Of a stretch of 64,000 nt of DNA, positions 28,321 to 38,259 are shown in pieces (the first letter of the stretch is position 1; every line of letters starts with the position of its first letter). A program made the position numbers and the translations under genes. Source of the stretch: a virus (taxonomy: Duplodnaviria > Caudoviricetes); the IMG/VR virus record IMGVR_UViG_3300048854_000081, positions 286,037 to 350,036 of that record; one strand, given 5' to 3'. The notes under the pieces were generated by a model. It searched no databases, was not told the origin of the DNA, and saw only the letters and a program-made list of their open reading frames with translations.

Positions 28321-29097
28321 ATGAATCATAAGCGTAGCGTCGCAGTAGCAATGGATCGTCTATCACATGAAGTTCTTAGTGGTAACGTTCGGGCTCAAGC
28401 AGGTTTGGATGAGTTGTTCACATTTGACATGCCACAGCCAGAAAGAAAAGTTAAGCATTACAAGCAAGTGATTCCAGTTAGTATCCATCATTTCTACGTT
28501 ATCGAAGAAATTAAGGGCGTTGATTATTATCTCAATATGATCAACACGATTCGTACTGCTGAACAGCATGACACCATTTTCATGTATTTAAACACACCGG
28601 GTGGTAGCCTACACACCGCCGTCCAGATTATCTCTGCAATTAGACAGTCTGCTGCAACGGTCGTTACATGTTTGGAAGGTGAAGTATGTTCCGCTGGTAC
28701 CATGTTGTTCCTAGCAGGTCACAAGCACGTTGTAAGCCCAAACTGTACCTTCATGATTCATAACTACTCACAGGGTGCATACGGTAAAGGTAATGATCTA
28801 ACCAATCAGGTTAACTTTACTGCTGCCAACTTTGCTGAGCTTGCTCAAGACATCTATGGCGATTTCCTAACTGCTGAAGAAATTCAACTGGTTCTAGGTG
28901 GAAAAGACTATTGGATGGGTAGCAAGGAAGTTGCACGTCGAGTTGGCGACAAGCTAATCGTTCAGGATAACGGTCACAATGACGAAGTTGCTGAATTGAT
29001 TAAGAGTTTGGTTCCTGCCGATAGTGCTGCCGATCCGGCTGCTGCACCTCCGGGTAAGGAAGTTAAACCTAAAAAGGTTGCCAAGTCTAAGAAGTGA
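28321..29097 (+). CDS. ClpP-like protease
   Basis: LNTPGGS, VCSAG (catalytic Ser), FMIH, DYWM..E. Confidence 0.85.
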   Translation: MNHKRSVAVAMDRLSHEVLSGNVRAQAGLDELFTFDMPQPERKVKHYKQVIPVSIHHFYVIEEIKGVDYYLNMINTIRTAEQHDTIFMYLNTPGGSLHTAVQIISAIRQSAATVVTCLEGEVCSAGTMLFLAGHKHVVSPNCTFMIHNYSQGAYGKGNDLTNQVNFTAANFAELAQDIYGDFLTAEEIQLVLGGKDYWMGSKEVARRVGDKLIVQDNGHNDEVAELIKSLVPADSAADPAAAPPGKEVKPKKVAKSKK

Positions 29098-29133
29098 TGA
29101 TAAGATGGGCCTTCGTGAGAAGGCCCATTTTTT

Positions 29134-30177
29134 ATGTTCGATAAAAATATTGAAGATTTAGTTCGTGAATACGTCACTTTCAATCATGGGTTGAATTCTA
29201 AAGGTTGGAATCGTACCTTTTGTGAAGTATGTGGTGACGGCAGTCGCACCAAGGGTCCACGCGGTGGCTGGCTCTTCAGTGGTGAAATGTGTTTCTATCA
29301 CTGCTTCAACTGTGGTATCGATGGCAACTTTGATTCAGACCGTGAGCATCCTTTCAGTAAGGAAATGGTCAAGATTTTCGATGGCTTCAATATTCCATCT
29401 AAGGAATATTTTGCTATTGCCTATTCTAAGAAAGTACTCGAAGAGAATGGTAAAAAAGAAAAGAAGCCAGAACGCAAGAAGACCGTTGTCGAGTCATTCG
29501 ACATCCCCGATTTCTTCGTCAATTTGGAAGATGTCAGTAAAGAAAACATCTATGCCAAGCTTGCCTATGAAGAGCTAAAGCGTCGTAACATCGATCCGCA
29601 ATCGTATCCTTTTTACATGAGTTCCGGTAAGTCCAAGGCTGGTCCTCGTGATGAGGCAATTGCTAAGGCATTTATGGGAAGGCTCATCATCCCTTTCTTC
29701 GATGCTGACGCCAACCTGATCTACTATCAAGGTCTAGACTTAAGTAAGCAATCCAAGAAGAAGTACCTGAATGCTGACGTTCCACGTACCAATGTCATTT
29801 CAGGCATGGAACGTTTAACCATGAATACCCAAAGTCCACTCTATGTAACGGAAGGCTTCTTTGATGCTTACCATCTGAAGGGTGTGAGTATTCAAGAAAA
29901 CAGTTTGACCCAAGGTCAGATCGATTTACTCAAGAGAAGTCCACGTAGAAAGGTGTTTGTTCCTGATAAGAAATCGGACTCTTCAAAGGTCGTTGACCAG
30001 TTTATTAAGTTAGGTTGGGAGGTCACAGTACCCGATATTGGATCATCTTGTAAGGATATTGATGATGCTGTTCGTAAGTACGGAAAGCTCTATACATTAC
30101 AGCAAGTTTCATCTAACATTCACAGGGCTGATGATGCAAAAATCCTACTCAAATTAAGTGGTTACCTAATAAAGTGA
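29134..30177 (+). CDS. DNA primase (T4 gp61-like)
   Basis: CEVCGD..YHCFNCG Zn finger; RLIIPF, KYL, TEGFFDA TOPRIM, PD, KDIDD. Confidence 0.88.
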   Translation: MFDKNIEDLVREYVTFNHGLNSKGWNRTFCEVCGDGSRTKGPRGGWLFSGEMCFYHCFNCGIDGNFDSDREHPFSKEMVKIFDGFNIPSKEYFAIAYSKKVLEENGKKEKKPERKKTVVESFDIPDFFVNLEDVSKENIYAKLAYEELKRRNIDPQSYPFYMSSGKSKAGPRDEAIAKAFMGRLIIPFFDADANLIYYQGLDLSKQSKKKYLNADVPRTNVISGMERLTMNTQSPLYVTEGFFDAYHLKGVSIQENSLTQGQIDLLKRSPRRKVFVPDKKSDSSKVVDQFIKLGWEVTVPDIGSSCKDIDDAVRKYGKLYTLQQVSSNIHRADDAKILLKLSGYLIK

Positions 30178-30241
30178 CAATTTACGTCGGTTTTGTGAAA
30201 TAACTGCATAAATAGTTGTATCATAAACTGAGATTGGTTAA

Positions 30242-30412
30242 ATGAAGAAAAAATCTTTAGACACATCTACCGTCAAGTCGAAGGCCGATAAGGTCAATGA
30301 GGACATTCTATATTTAACTTTCCTAGCTGAAGCTCAGAGAAAGTTTCCAGAGAATTTTGTCAAGGAAGATATCCTTCGCGCTCTCGGTAAAAAGCTAGGT
30401 TCAGATGTCTAA
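30242..30412 (+). CDS. small late protein (56 aa, below ORF-track cutoff)
   Basis: MKKKSLDTST...LGSDV; CATAAATA upstream. Confidence 0.55.
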   Translation: MKKKSLDTSTVKSKADKVNEDILYLTFLAEAQRKFPENFVKEDILRALGKKLGSDV

Positions 30413-30569
30413 GATAACGGTTGAAGATTTGGCCCGTTACGTTGAATCCCATCCCATAGAGGCAGTGGTTGCCTTAATTGATATTGAAGAGGTCGAAGAC
30501 CCCATTATCCGAACCATCCTACATACCCTCGATCATTCTATATCAAGGCTTCGCGAAGAGTTGAATTAA
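30405..30569 (+). CDS. small protein (54 aa, below ORF-track cutoff)
   Basis: MSKITVEDLARY...REELN; overlaps previous stop. Confidence 0.55.
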   Translation: MSKITVEDLARYVESHPIEAVVALIDIEEVEDPIIRTILHTLDHSISRLREELN

Positions 30570-30618
30570 AAAGCTTTAGGTAAACATATAAATAGTTCGA
30601 ATGTGAAAACTATTGAAT

Positions 30619-32664
30619 ATGGCCGATACACTTGTTAAAAAACGACCCGTAGATGCTTTCAAAGACTACTTCATGGAGGTTAAACCCTACCATGCCAAGA
30701 TTCTTGAAATAGTCGAGAAATACAATTTCTATGATAGCGTCAATGTTGATTTTGACGAAAGAATCACCTATGAATATACTCTCGCTAATGACCCTCTATG
30801 CAATGGCGTAGGCTTTGGTTATGAATGGGACGAAGAGTGTGGCTTTGACGCCAAGGAATGTTGCCATCTAGGCACGTGCCCACCTTCATCAGACACCTTC
30901 CTAAACTTATCTGAAACAGTAAGCTCGGCTGTCCACAGCGTGCTTGCTGTAAATGCTGATATTCTTATCGATGGTAATCATACTTTCGATAACACATTTG
31001 CTATTAAGAAAATCCTAGGACAGAATACATTTACCATTGCTGGTGATGTATCGACCTATTTCTTCGTTCAGCCAACCTTTGCACTTATTCCATTCAATAC
31101 CATTAAGTACAGCATTAATAATGCTAACTCGATTACTATCTTCGGTAACTTTGCTCAACAGTTTACCGATAAAAAGACATTCGATATCTACGGTACGAAG
31201 CAGAGTGATAAGAAGTATAACGTAATTTCTGCGGCTTATTCTGCGTCAACCAATATGACGACTATTGTTGTGGCTGAAACCATGACACCGAATGATCCCG
31301 GTTCTATCCTAATTCATACCGTGAGTAGAAACAATGGCGTCTATACGATGCTTAATGTTACCTATAATGGTGTGGACACAGTTGTTACCATTGATGCCAG
31401 CACTCGCCAGCTAGTTACAGAAAATGCAACGTCCGTTTTGTTCAAGACTGGCTACATTGAAGGTCGTGTAGTTTCTCTTCAAAACAACAATGTTCAGAAT
31501 GATGGTGAGTTTATCGTTGTGGATAGTACCTATGATCCATCGATAGACGCCACCACGGTTTCTGTAACGAATTCCTTGGGCATAGATACGGGTGCAGTAG
31601 GCCAGTTGATCTTGGAAGTAAAATTAGGCGTTAATGACTTTCTAGCTGATCTTCAGTGTCAGCCACCAAATGAAAATAACATCGCAGTTAACTTTGGTGA
31701 GAGATTAGTCATTCGCGGTGGTTTTAGACCATCACCAACACCAAGCCCAACACCGACGATGACTCCAACAGTCACGCCAACCATGACCATTACCCCAACG
31801 TTGACTATTACTCCGACGTTGACTATCACACCTACTCTAACAATTACACCAACGTTGACGATCACGCCAACCAATACCGCCACAATTACCCCAACAGTAA
31901 CACGCACCATCACTCCAACGGCAACGGCTGCACCAACCCGCACTCCGTTCCCTACACAGACGCCGGTACCTACGATCACCCCTACACCTAGCCCGTTCCC
32001 AGCAATTGGCTATACAATCGTTGACGGCGATACACGCTCGACAACGTTTGGTAGAAATTATGGTCAGATTGGTCTAATTCAGATTGCTTGTACTTCTGGT
32101 CGATTTGATGACTTGTATCGTGGTGCTCCGTTCGCACTCGATCCATTCAGTGGTAACGTTGTGAATTGTACCTATAACACACATAACTCATATTCACCAA
32201 CATCGCGTCCACAGCAAATTGAGCATGATGCTTTCACAAGCATGCCTATCATATTCCCTAATGGTGGTTCTGGTAACTTTACCGTTACAGTAAGCAATAT
32301 TGTTATTCAGTGTCAGAAGCAGGCTCAGGCTGCTAGCCCATCATGCGTTGGTATAGCTCAGCCTACGGCATCCGCACCAACGACTATCTCAACGAACGTG
32401 GGTAATGCCATTCTTTGTAACAATAATGGTATCTCATGGACACCGGGTGGTGCCAAGAATATCCTATTCAATGGTTATTATGGCGGCTTTGGTCCACTTG
32501 TCGGCATGGTAGGCTGTAGTGGTATTTTCGATTACCAGATGTTGTTCAACTTCACTGTAACAATTACCGATAACGTTACAGGACATCAGGTATTCATTCC
32601 CGGTCAGATGGCCGTGGATAGAGCATCGACGAATGCTCAGGGTGCTTATAACCCTTGCGGATAA
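30619..32664 (+). CDS. late structural protein (fibre/baseplate-associated candidate) with Pro/Thr linker
   Basis: TATAAATA upstream; EVKPYH.K N-terminus; beta-rich domains; PT repeat. Confidence 0.7.
   Translation: MADTLVKKRPVDAFKDYFMEVKPYHAKILEIVEKYNFYDSVNVDFDERITYEYTLANDPLCNGVGFGYEWDEECGFDAKECCHLGTCPPSSDTFLNLSETVSSAVHSVLAVNADILIDGNHTFDNTFAIKKILGQNTFTIAGDVSTYFFVQPTFALIPFNTIKYSINNANSITIFGNFAQQFTDKKTFDIYGTKQSDKKYNVISAAYSASTNMTTIVVAETMTPNDPGSILIHTVSRNNGVYTMLNVTYNGVDTVVTIDASTRQLVTENATSVLFKTGYIEGRVVSLQNNNVQNDGEFIVVDSTYDPSIDATTVSVTNSLGIDTGAVGQLILEVKLGVNDFLADLQCQPPNENNIAVNFGERLVIRGGFRPSPTPSPTPTMTPTVTPTMTITPTLTITPTLTITPTLTITPTLTITPTNTATITPTVTRTITPTATAAPTRTPFPTQTPVPTITPTPSPFPAIGYTIVDGDTRSTTFGRNYGQIGLIQIACTSGRFDDLYRGAPFALDPFSGNVVNCTYNTHNSYSPTSRPQQIEHDAFTSMPIIFPNGGSGNFTVTVSNIVIQCQKQAQAASPSCVGIAQPTASAPTTISTNVGNAILCNNNGISWTPGGAKNILFNGYYGGFGPLVGMVGCSGIFDYQMLFNFTVTITDNVTGHQVFIPGQMAVDRASTNAQGAYNPCG
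31729..32001 (+). repeat. mucin-like Pro/Thr coding repeat (TPTLTI units)
   Basis: PSPTPSPTPTMTPTVTPTMTITPTLTITPTLTITPTLTI... Confidence 0.9.
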
Positions 32665-32677
32665 AAGAAAAGGGCGC

Positions 32678-33217
32678 TTAAGCGCCCTTTTCGATAATGT
32701 CCTTGATCTTTTGGATCGTGGACTTTGCGTCAGTATGTAGAATACCGATACCGCCAGCTTCAACCCAAGGATCAATCGACTTGGAACGGTCATCGACCAG
32801 AATAACCTTAGGTCCGGCAAACGCTGCCTTCTCTAGGCTCTTGGTAACCACTTCGGTATGATACTTACCATAATGCTTTCTGATCCACCGCTTCTTCTGG
32901 TGCGGTGCATCCTGTGGACTGTGGCCCGAAGCAGTTAGGAATCCAATATCCCCGGCTGCAAAGGTTTCCTTTACGAAATCGAAAAGAATGTCCGCATCAT
33001 GCATCTTTTCCAGCGAATAGAAGAACGGCGTGTGAGCATCATAGCTGTTGATAGCCTTCCACATCTTGCGCTTGTCAATGGTAGCTTCGTCAACCTTCTC
33101 CATCAGGTCCAGTGCTTCCTTCGGGAAGATTCCCATGAGTTCGGCAACCTTGCGGGCGAAGTCACTGATAACCCCATCCATATCTAAAAATATTGTGTAA
33201 CCATGTGTCTTAGTCAT
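32678..33217 (-). CDS. HAD 5'-nucleotidase (NT5C-like)
   Basis: FLDMDGVISDF, FLTA, K..W, LVDDR..I..W..AGGIGILH. Confidence 0.85.
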   Translation of the reverse strand: MTKTHGYTIFLDMDGVISDFARKVAELMGIFPKEALDLMEKVDEATIDKRKMWKAINSYDAHTPFFYSLEKMHDADILFDFVKETFAAGDIGFLTASGHSPQDAPHQKKRWIRKHYGKYHTEVVTKSLEKAAFAGPKVILVDDRSKSIDPWVEAGGIGILHTDAKSTIQKIKDIIEKGA

Positions 33218-33338
33218 CGTCTTATTCTCTTGTCTTTAATGAGAAAAGTATAACATGAAACCTAAGTTAGTCAAGATGAAAAAATTTAACTTCCGTTCAT
33301 GGATGGTGTTGTAATATGTGAACATAGGAGGATTATCT

Positions 33339-33596
33339 ATGACTACGACTACTTGGCTCCAACGCTTAAGAAAGCTTTCAGCAGATTACGATGCCAACCC
33401 TACCCCCAGCTACTTCGTCATTGAAGCCAGCATGGCGTTGAAGCATGAAATCGATAAGGAACTGAATAAGAATAATCCATCCAGTTTTGATCACGTCATC
33501 CATGAGCAGACGCCATTGGAAGATAAGATTGACAATATCATCGACAAGGCCGACACGGCAGCGATCATCGGATTAGGGTTGTTTGGTAGGAATTAA
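33339..33596 (+). CDS. hypothetical protein
   Basis: RBS AGGAGG before ATG 33339. Confidence 0.65.
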   Translation: MTTTTWLQRLRKLSADYDANPTPSYFVIEASMALKHEIDKELNKNNPSSFDHVIHEQTPLEDKIDNIIDKADTAAIIGLGLFGRN

Positions 33597-33623
33597 AAAG
33601 GCCGGGAATTCCCGGCCTTTTTT
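33595..33623. terminator. bidirectional terminator
   Basis: AAAAAGGCCGGG-aatt-CCCGGCCTTTTTT. Confidence 0.8.
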
Positions 33624-33819
33624 ATATATTTCTTTCGATTACATCATGAGCATCTTTAAGAATCTCTACGATTCTCTTAATTTCTTCATCTTCAATCTCA
33701 TCATCTTCGGGACTGTAGGTTTCGAAATTAGGAACATCGTGTTCCAAACAAAGTTCACTGATTTCTGTAAAACGTTCTTTTAGTGACTCAAAGAAACTCT
33801 CACGGTTTAAATTACGCAT
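33622..33819 (-). CDS. small acidic late protein
   Basis: RBS AGGAG; MRNLNRESFFESLKE. Confidence 0.6.
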   Translation of the reverse strand: MRNLNRESFFESLKERFTEISELCLEHDVPNFETYSPEDDEIEDEEIKRIVEILKDAHDVIERNI

Positions 33820-33838
33820 TTTAAATTAAAGCTCCTAA

Positions 33839-34015
33839 TTATCCTAATAAAAATTGCTGTCCACCTTTTGTCACTGGGACGATGGTGGCTTTCTGCTTTG
33901 TGCTTTCGTCAAGATAGGCAATAGAGGCTTCAGCCATGGAACGATTACCATGCTTGCTCACTACTCTACCTTCGACTAATACCTGAAACTCTAGTTCATT
34001 ATCGGTTAAATTCAT
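33839..34015 (-). CDS. small late protein (58 aa, below cutoff)
   Basis: MNLTDNELEFQVLVEG...IVPVTKGGQQFLLG; RBS AAGGA; CTAAATA upstream. Confidence 0.65.
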   Translation of the reverse strand: MNLTDNELEFQVLVEGRVVSKHGNRSMAEASIAYLDESTKQKATIVPVTKGGQQFLLG

Positions 34016-34047
34016 AATAATTCCTTTACAACCTTGATTTATTTAGT

Positions 34048-34887
34048 TCAGTATTCGACTTCATTAACAAAATCGTCATGAATCTCAAAATTCTTATAGA
34101 AATCAACGACTTCATCAAGAACAAGTGAGCATTTCTCTAGAGAAAGGAGGTTATCCGTGCGTACACCCGACTCCATATCGATATAAAACTGGTGATGATC
34201 AGGGTTAACAGCCTCGATAAGACCGAGAATCTTTCCAATGTTACCCGGACGTAGACCACCAGCATAACCCGTGTAGAACAGATCAAACGGCTTCTCTACC
34301 GATTCAATCTCACGACCAAAACCACCTGAACCATCATGTAGAATATCGATGTTACCCCAAGCACCAAGACCTTCAGTAAGATCACGAAGTTCCATTTCTT
34401 TTAGGAGACGGGCATTCAAATCTTTCTTGGATTTGTTATGCTGAAGAATAATAGAACGGTTAAGATTAGCTAGACCATCATTGTATATCATATCAAGAAG
34501 ATCAGTTACAAATGTATCCTTGATCTTATGGATATTGAGGTTTAGCTGAGTACGGGAACCCCATACCAGTTCATGAATGTCCGTATCGTAATCCATGAAC
34601 TTATTAATAGTTTCTTCACCGCACAGGTGAACGGAAGTCGAGAAGTAGACTTCATTCTTATCCCAAAGATAATCCAATGCCTCACGGATAAAATCCATGC
34701 TCGGATAACGGGGGTCACCGGTCTTTGACTTTGATTCGCTATAAAGGAAACCAAACTCAATGACGGGAGCAGATGGAAGGGGAACACCCTTCGCCCACTT
34801 CTCATCTTCAAACACAAGAGCAGTCTTGACCAATTCATCAAGATCGGTCTTCTCATCAACGCCAACAAATGAAACTAGATTTAGCAT
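34048..34887 (-). CDS. phosphoribosylanthranilate-isomerase-like TIM-barrel protein
   Basis: HLCG, D.SGGFG, GYAGGL.PGNI, IDMESGVRT. Confidence 0.7.
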   Translation of the reverse strand: MLNLVSFVGVDEKTDLDELVKTALVFEDEKWAKGVPLPSAPVIEFGFLYSESKSKTGDPRYPSMDFIREALDYLWDKNEVYFSTSVHLCGEETINKFMDYDTDIHELVWGSRTQLNLNIHKIKDTFVTDLLDMIYNDGLANLNRSIILQHNKSKKDLNARLLKEMELRDLTEGLGAWGNIDILHDGSGGFGREIESVEKPFDLFYTGYAGGLRPGNIGKILGLIEAVNPDHHQFYIDMESGVRTDNLLSLEKCSLVLDEVVDFYKNFEIHDDFVNEVEY

Positions 34888-34891
34888 AATA

Positions 34892-35266
34892 TTATCCTTG
34901 GAGCGAAGGGGTGACTTCGATAGTGAATGGATCGACTGGAACAATGTTCTTCGATTCCTTGATCAGGGTGTTAGAATCCACTGGCTTGTAACCCAGCATG
35001 GAATTTAACGAATGAGTGATATGGAACACCTTACCGTCAGGACGCTTTGTATCGCCGTCTACGCTAACCAACAGTGTTTCCAGACCCTTGTGGTCATCGA
35101 TGTATCCGATCACTGTAACGGAGCTTGGAGCCTCAGGAAGAGGGGCATCAGCAGGCGCAGGGTACTTGACCGTGATGTGATGGCAGATGACATTCGGATA
35201 CTTTGGAGGAAACTTCTCCAAAAGCTGGTTCCGTGACTTGTCGGTTAGTAGATAGCAAGTATACAT
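34892..35266 (-). CDS. 2H phosphoesterase (tRNA-ligase CPDase-like)
   Basis: CHHITV and FHITHS motifs, KPVDSN. Confidence 0.75.
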   Translation of the reverse strand: MYTCYLLTDKSRNQLLEKFPPKYPNVICHHITVKYPAPADAPLPEAPSSVTVIGYIDDHKGLETLLVSVDGDTKRPDGKVFHITHSLNSMLGYKPVDSNTLIKESKNIVPVDPFTIEVTPSLQG

Positions 35267-35370
35267 TTGTGAATCCTAGATGTAGTTATATCGGGATTGT
35301 AGACCGTTATATTCTACGAGTCAATAGCCGTCCATAAATATGTTGGACTATTAGAGAGGAAAATTTAGTC

Positions 35371-35922
35371 ATGGCTTACAATTTAGATCATTGGAACAAC
35401 CCAAGAGGCTCTATTGCGAACAAATACGTAAATAATGATTTTGCTTATGTTTCGCGTGGTGCCAATATTGCATTATACGTGCTACAGCAATTTGACATCA
35501 AACCTTCCGAAGCAAAAGAAATGACCGTATTAGATTATGGTTGTGGTACGGGAAGAGCGGCAGCATTCATGGCTCTGATGTTTAAGCAGTCTGTAGGCTA
35601 TGATCCAAACAAGTACTGCATTAAAGAAGCACGTTTAGAGAATGAAAAATCCGAACTAAAGTTATCTAATCTTATTCTTACGGATCGTATTACAGATATT
35701 CCAGAATGTGACATCGCATTCAGTACGAACGTCATCGAGCATTTGAATGAACATGATGCCAGTGTGATGGTAAACGTTTTAAAGATAAAGGTAAAGGGAA
35801 AAACGCTACTTTGGTATGCACCGGAACGTAATGGGGTTCTACAACCTTACGCTAATCCAGAAAGCTGGGATGCTAAGCTAAATGGTGGAAAGATACAAAT
35901 CGATTTCTTTGATATTCACTAA
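35371..35922 (+). CDS. class I SAM-dependent methyltransferase, late
   Basis: VLDYGCGTGR, GYDP, NVIEHL; CATAAATA upstream. Confidence 0.8.
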   Translation: MAYNLDHWNNPRGSIANKYVNNDFAYVSRGANIALYVLQQFDIKPSEAKEMTVLDYGCGTGRAAAFMALMFKQSVGYDPNKYCIKEARLENEKSELKLSNLILTDRITDIPECDIAFSTNVIEHLNEHDASVMVNVLKIKVKGKTLLWYAPERNGVLQPYANPESWDAKLNGGKIQIDFFDIH

Positions 35923-35952
35923 AAGAAAAGGCCGGGAATCCCGGCCTTTAAC

Positions 35953-36216
35953 TTATGCTGCACAGGCAGCTTCTTGAGTTGACATAAACGCTACGAAATC
36001 CTTGAATTCACCGACATGCTCACCATCGACGAAGATTTGTGGAGCAGAACGCAAAGGCTTATCTGAATTAGCTTCAGTAACACGCTTCTGTAAATCTTGA
36101 ATCGTAACATCCTTACCTAGAATATGCTCAACGTAATCAAAGCACTTCTGTTTCATAATGGTTTTGGCTTGAACGCACTGACCACATGAATCCTTACTGT
36201 AAATCTCAATCTGCAT
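35953..36216 (-). CDS. glutaredoxin
   Basis: CGQC, APQIFVDG.HVG. Confidence 0.85.
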   Translation of the reverse strand: MQIEIYSKDSCGQCVQAKTIMKQKCFDYVEHILGKDVTIQDLQKRVTEANSDKPLRSAPQIFVDGEHVGEFKDFVAFMSTQEAACAA

Positions 36217-36239
36217 CTTTCTCTACCTTTCTTATAGTA

Positions 36240-36692
36240 TTATTTATTAAACTCATATATCTGAACTGTAACCTCAGGAAACTCTTCAGCAAATTTATCG
36301 AAAATAGGTTCGACATCGCTGGACCAATCCAATCCACCTAAACCACAACCAATTTTAGGTGCCAAGAGAGACCTTCCAACTAATTCACACCAAAGGAAAG
36401 CTCTATGTAGAGCTTTCTCAATGGCTTTAGGTGAAGCATATTTCTGACCATCGTAACCATAATTCAACTGAGTGAAGGCGTTCCCAATGGACAAGCTTTC
36501 CGTCACATCAATAATCTGAAGTCGTCCCAAGGTGGCTTCACCATGGGGAACTGTCTTAAACTTCTCATAAACTTCAGGATATCTCTGTCGAATCTGACCG
36601 GCTACACCACTGCCGAATCCACCGGAACAATTGGTGCCGTGGATGATTAATCCCTCAGTATTTTCAAAGATATCTGCGTTTATGACTTTCAT
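36240..36692 (-). CDS. macro domain protein (ADP-ribose processing)
   Basis: IIHG.NC.GGFGSGVA, NAFTQ, PKIGCGLGGLDW. Confidence 0.88.
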   Translation of the reverse strand: MKVINADIFENTEGLIIHGTNCSGGFGSGVAGQIRQRYPEVYEKFKTVPHGEATLGRLQIIDVTESLSIGNAFTQLNYGYDGQKYASPKAIEKALHRAFLWCELVGRSLLAPKIGCGLGGLDWSSDVEPIFDKFAEEFPEVTVQIYEFNK

Positions 36693-38167
36693 GCGGTTAC
36701 TTCCCTAAGAATACCATTTGCTACGAGAATGTCTTGGGTCTCAGTGAACGTCGTGTTAGCGGTACCGCGACGGAAACCATGGCTAGACAAGGATGGATTA
36801 AACAACTGTTCAAAGCTCTCCATCCCATACGTAAACATCTTGACCTTGAGCATTTCCAAGCACTTGAGGACTGCCGCAAATACCTTAGGATCATCCTTGA
36901 CACGTACGGTCAGTTCACACAGGACACCGAACATCTTTGTATAGATCAATGGTTCGTGACGCAATTCACCATTGAGAATGGTTCCGAAACGATTGATCAT
37001 TGCATTTCTTTGTTCTGGTTTGCTCAAATACGTAATGTTACGTGCTGTATTAGACACCATGTTAACGTATTCCATATCCGAAATAGCACCATCGGGAATA
37101 GACTTGACTTTCCAGCGTGTCAGAGCAGTGAAGATCGAGTATTCAATTTCCTTACCACGGAACATCGGAGTGATCTTCTTACCCTGTGCATCAAGCTTAC
37201 CTTCCATTGCCAGAATCGGATCGAAGATCGACTGGTATTTGATGTATGTCTCATCGGTCGTGAAATGGTTACGTACGTCAATGGAGGAAAGATAGAACAG
37301 AAGCAGACGTTCCTTAGGGAAATGAGGAACGAAACGCTTGATGTAATCCTTATTCTTTGCAACAGCCTTTTCGGTACCATTGAAGAAGTTTTCATTGGAG
37401 AAAGCTTCTGTGATTTCCTCATCGCTACCGCTAAGGAACAAATCCTTCATACGTTCGGTATAGGAACCTTCGGTAAGCTGAGTGACTAGCTCATGGAGGT
37501 TAGCTTGCTCTGGAAGTACGTAAGAAAGACCGCCGCCAAGGTTGAACACATCTAGCACGTAGCTTAGGCGACGTGGAGAGATTTCATTCTTAAGATCATC
37601 CTCAAGGTTACGCCACCATGCACAGGCAATCTCGCCTTGGGCACCGTAGCGCTTCTGGAAGAATTCCAGATTAACGTCATAGGGAAGATGGACCTGAATG
37701 GGGAAACGGTCACGCTGAGCCGGATCGAGACGTTCTACGTCATAGGATTCGTCATCATCCGGATTGATTGCAGCCCAAATAACCTTAAGGTTATTGAACT
37801 TCTTACCGTTAATAGAACGAAACTGAATCAGTTCCATGATAGCATTACGAACCTTTGCCGGAGCACGGTTGTATTCGTCGATCATGATGGCTTCAACTTC
37901 GTCATTTTGTAGACGCTTAGGACGGACAAGCTCAAGATAGGTTTCACCTGTTGTGTCATCCTTAACTTCCTTAGGAACACCGATGAAGTCAACCCACGGG
38001 TCCATGGTGGATGCACTCATGTACATCCATCTGTCACCGAAGTGTTCCTTGAACTTTTCTTTCACGGATTCGGTCTTACCGATGCCATGCTTGCCAATAA
38101 AGAGAACGTTGAGGTCATTTTTAATCCAAAAATCGTAGTCTGCGGAGGGTGGGGCTAGATGATTCAC
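36689..38167 (-). CDS. MoxR-like AAA+ ATPase
   Basis: GKHGIGKT, IDEYNRA, AINP, LDPAQRDRF, SPRR. Confidence 0.85.
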   Translation of the reverse strand: MNHLAPPSADYDFWIKNDLNVLFIGKHGIGKTESVKEKFKEHFGDRWMYMSASTMDPWVDFIGVPKEVKDDTTGETYLELVRPKRLQNDEVEAIMIDEYNRAPAKVRNAIMELIQFRSINGKKFNNLKVIWAAINPDDDESYDVERLDPAQRDRFPIQVHLPYDVNLEFFQKRYGAQGEIACAWWRNLEDDLKNEISPRRLSYVLDVFNLGGGLSYVLPEQANLHELVTQLTEGSYTERMKDLFLSGSDEEITEAFSNENFFNGTEKAVAKNKDYIKRFVPHFPKERLLLFYLSSIDVRNHFTTDETYIKYQSIFDPILAMEGKLDAQGKKITPMFRGKEIEYSIFTALTRWKVKSIPDGAISDMEYVNMVSNTARNITYLSKPEQRNAMINRFGTILNGELRHEPLIYTKMFGVLCELTVRVKDDPKVFAAVLKCLEMLKVKMFTYGMESFEQLFNPSLSSHGFRRGTANTTFTETQDILVANGILREVTA

Positions 38168-38259
38168 TTATGGTTCCTATGGGTTAAAAGTACAGCATTG
38201 ATGTTGTGGATTCTACATTAAGGTGATATGCTAGCGCAACGTTTTAATCGAGAGCATCC

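Noticed and set aside
31729-32001. Periodic repeat as a CRISPR array
   Set aside because: In-frame coding repeat with synonymous variation; no spacers or cas genes.
9468-35949. Three near-identical GGCCGGG/CCCGGCC hairpins (9468, 33595, 35926) as a mobile repeat
   Set aside because: They sit at gene ends with A/T tails, so ordinary terminators explain them.
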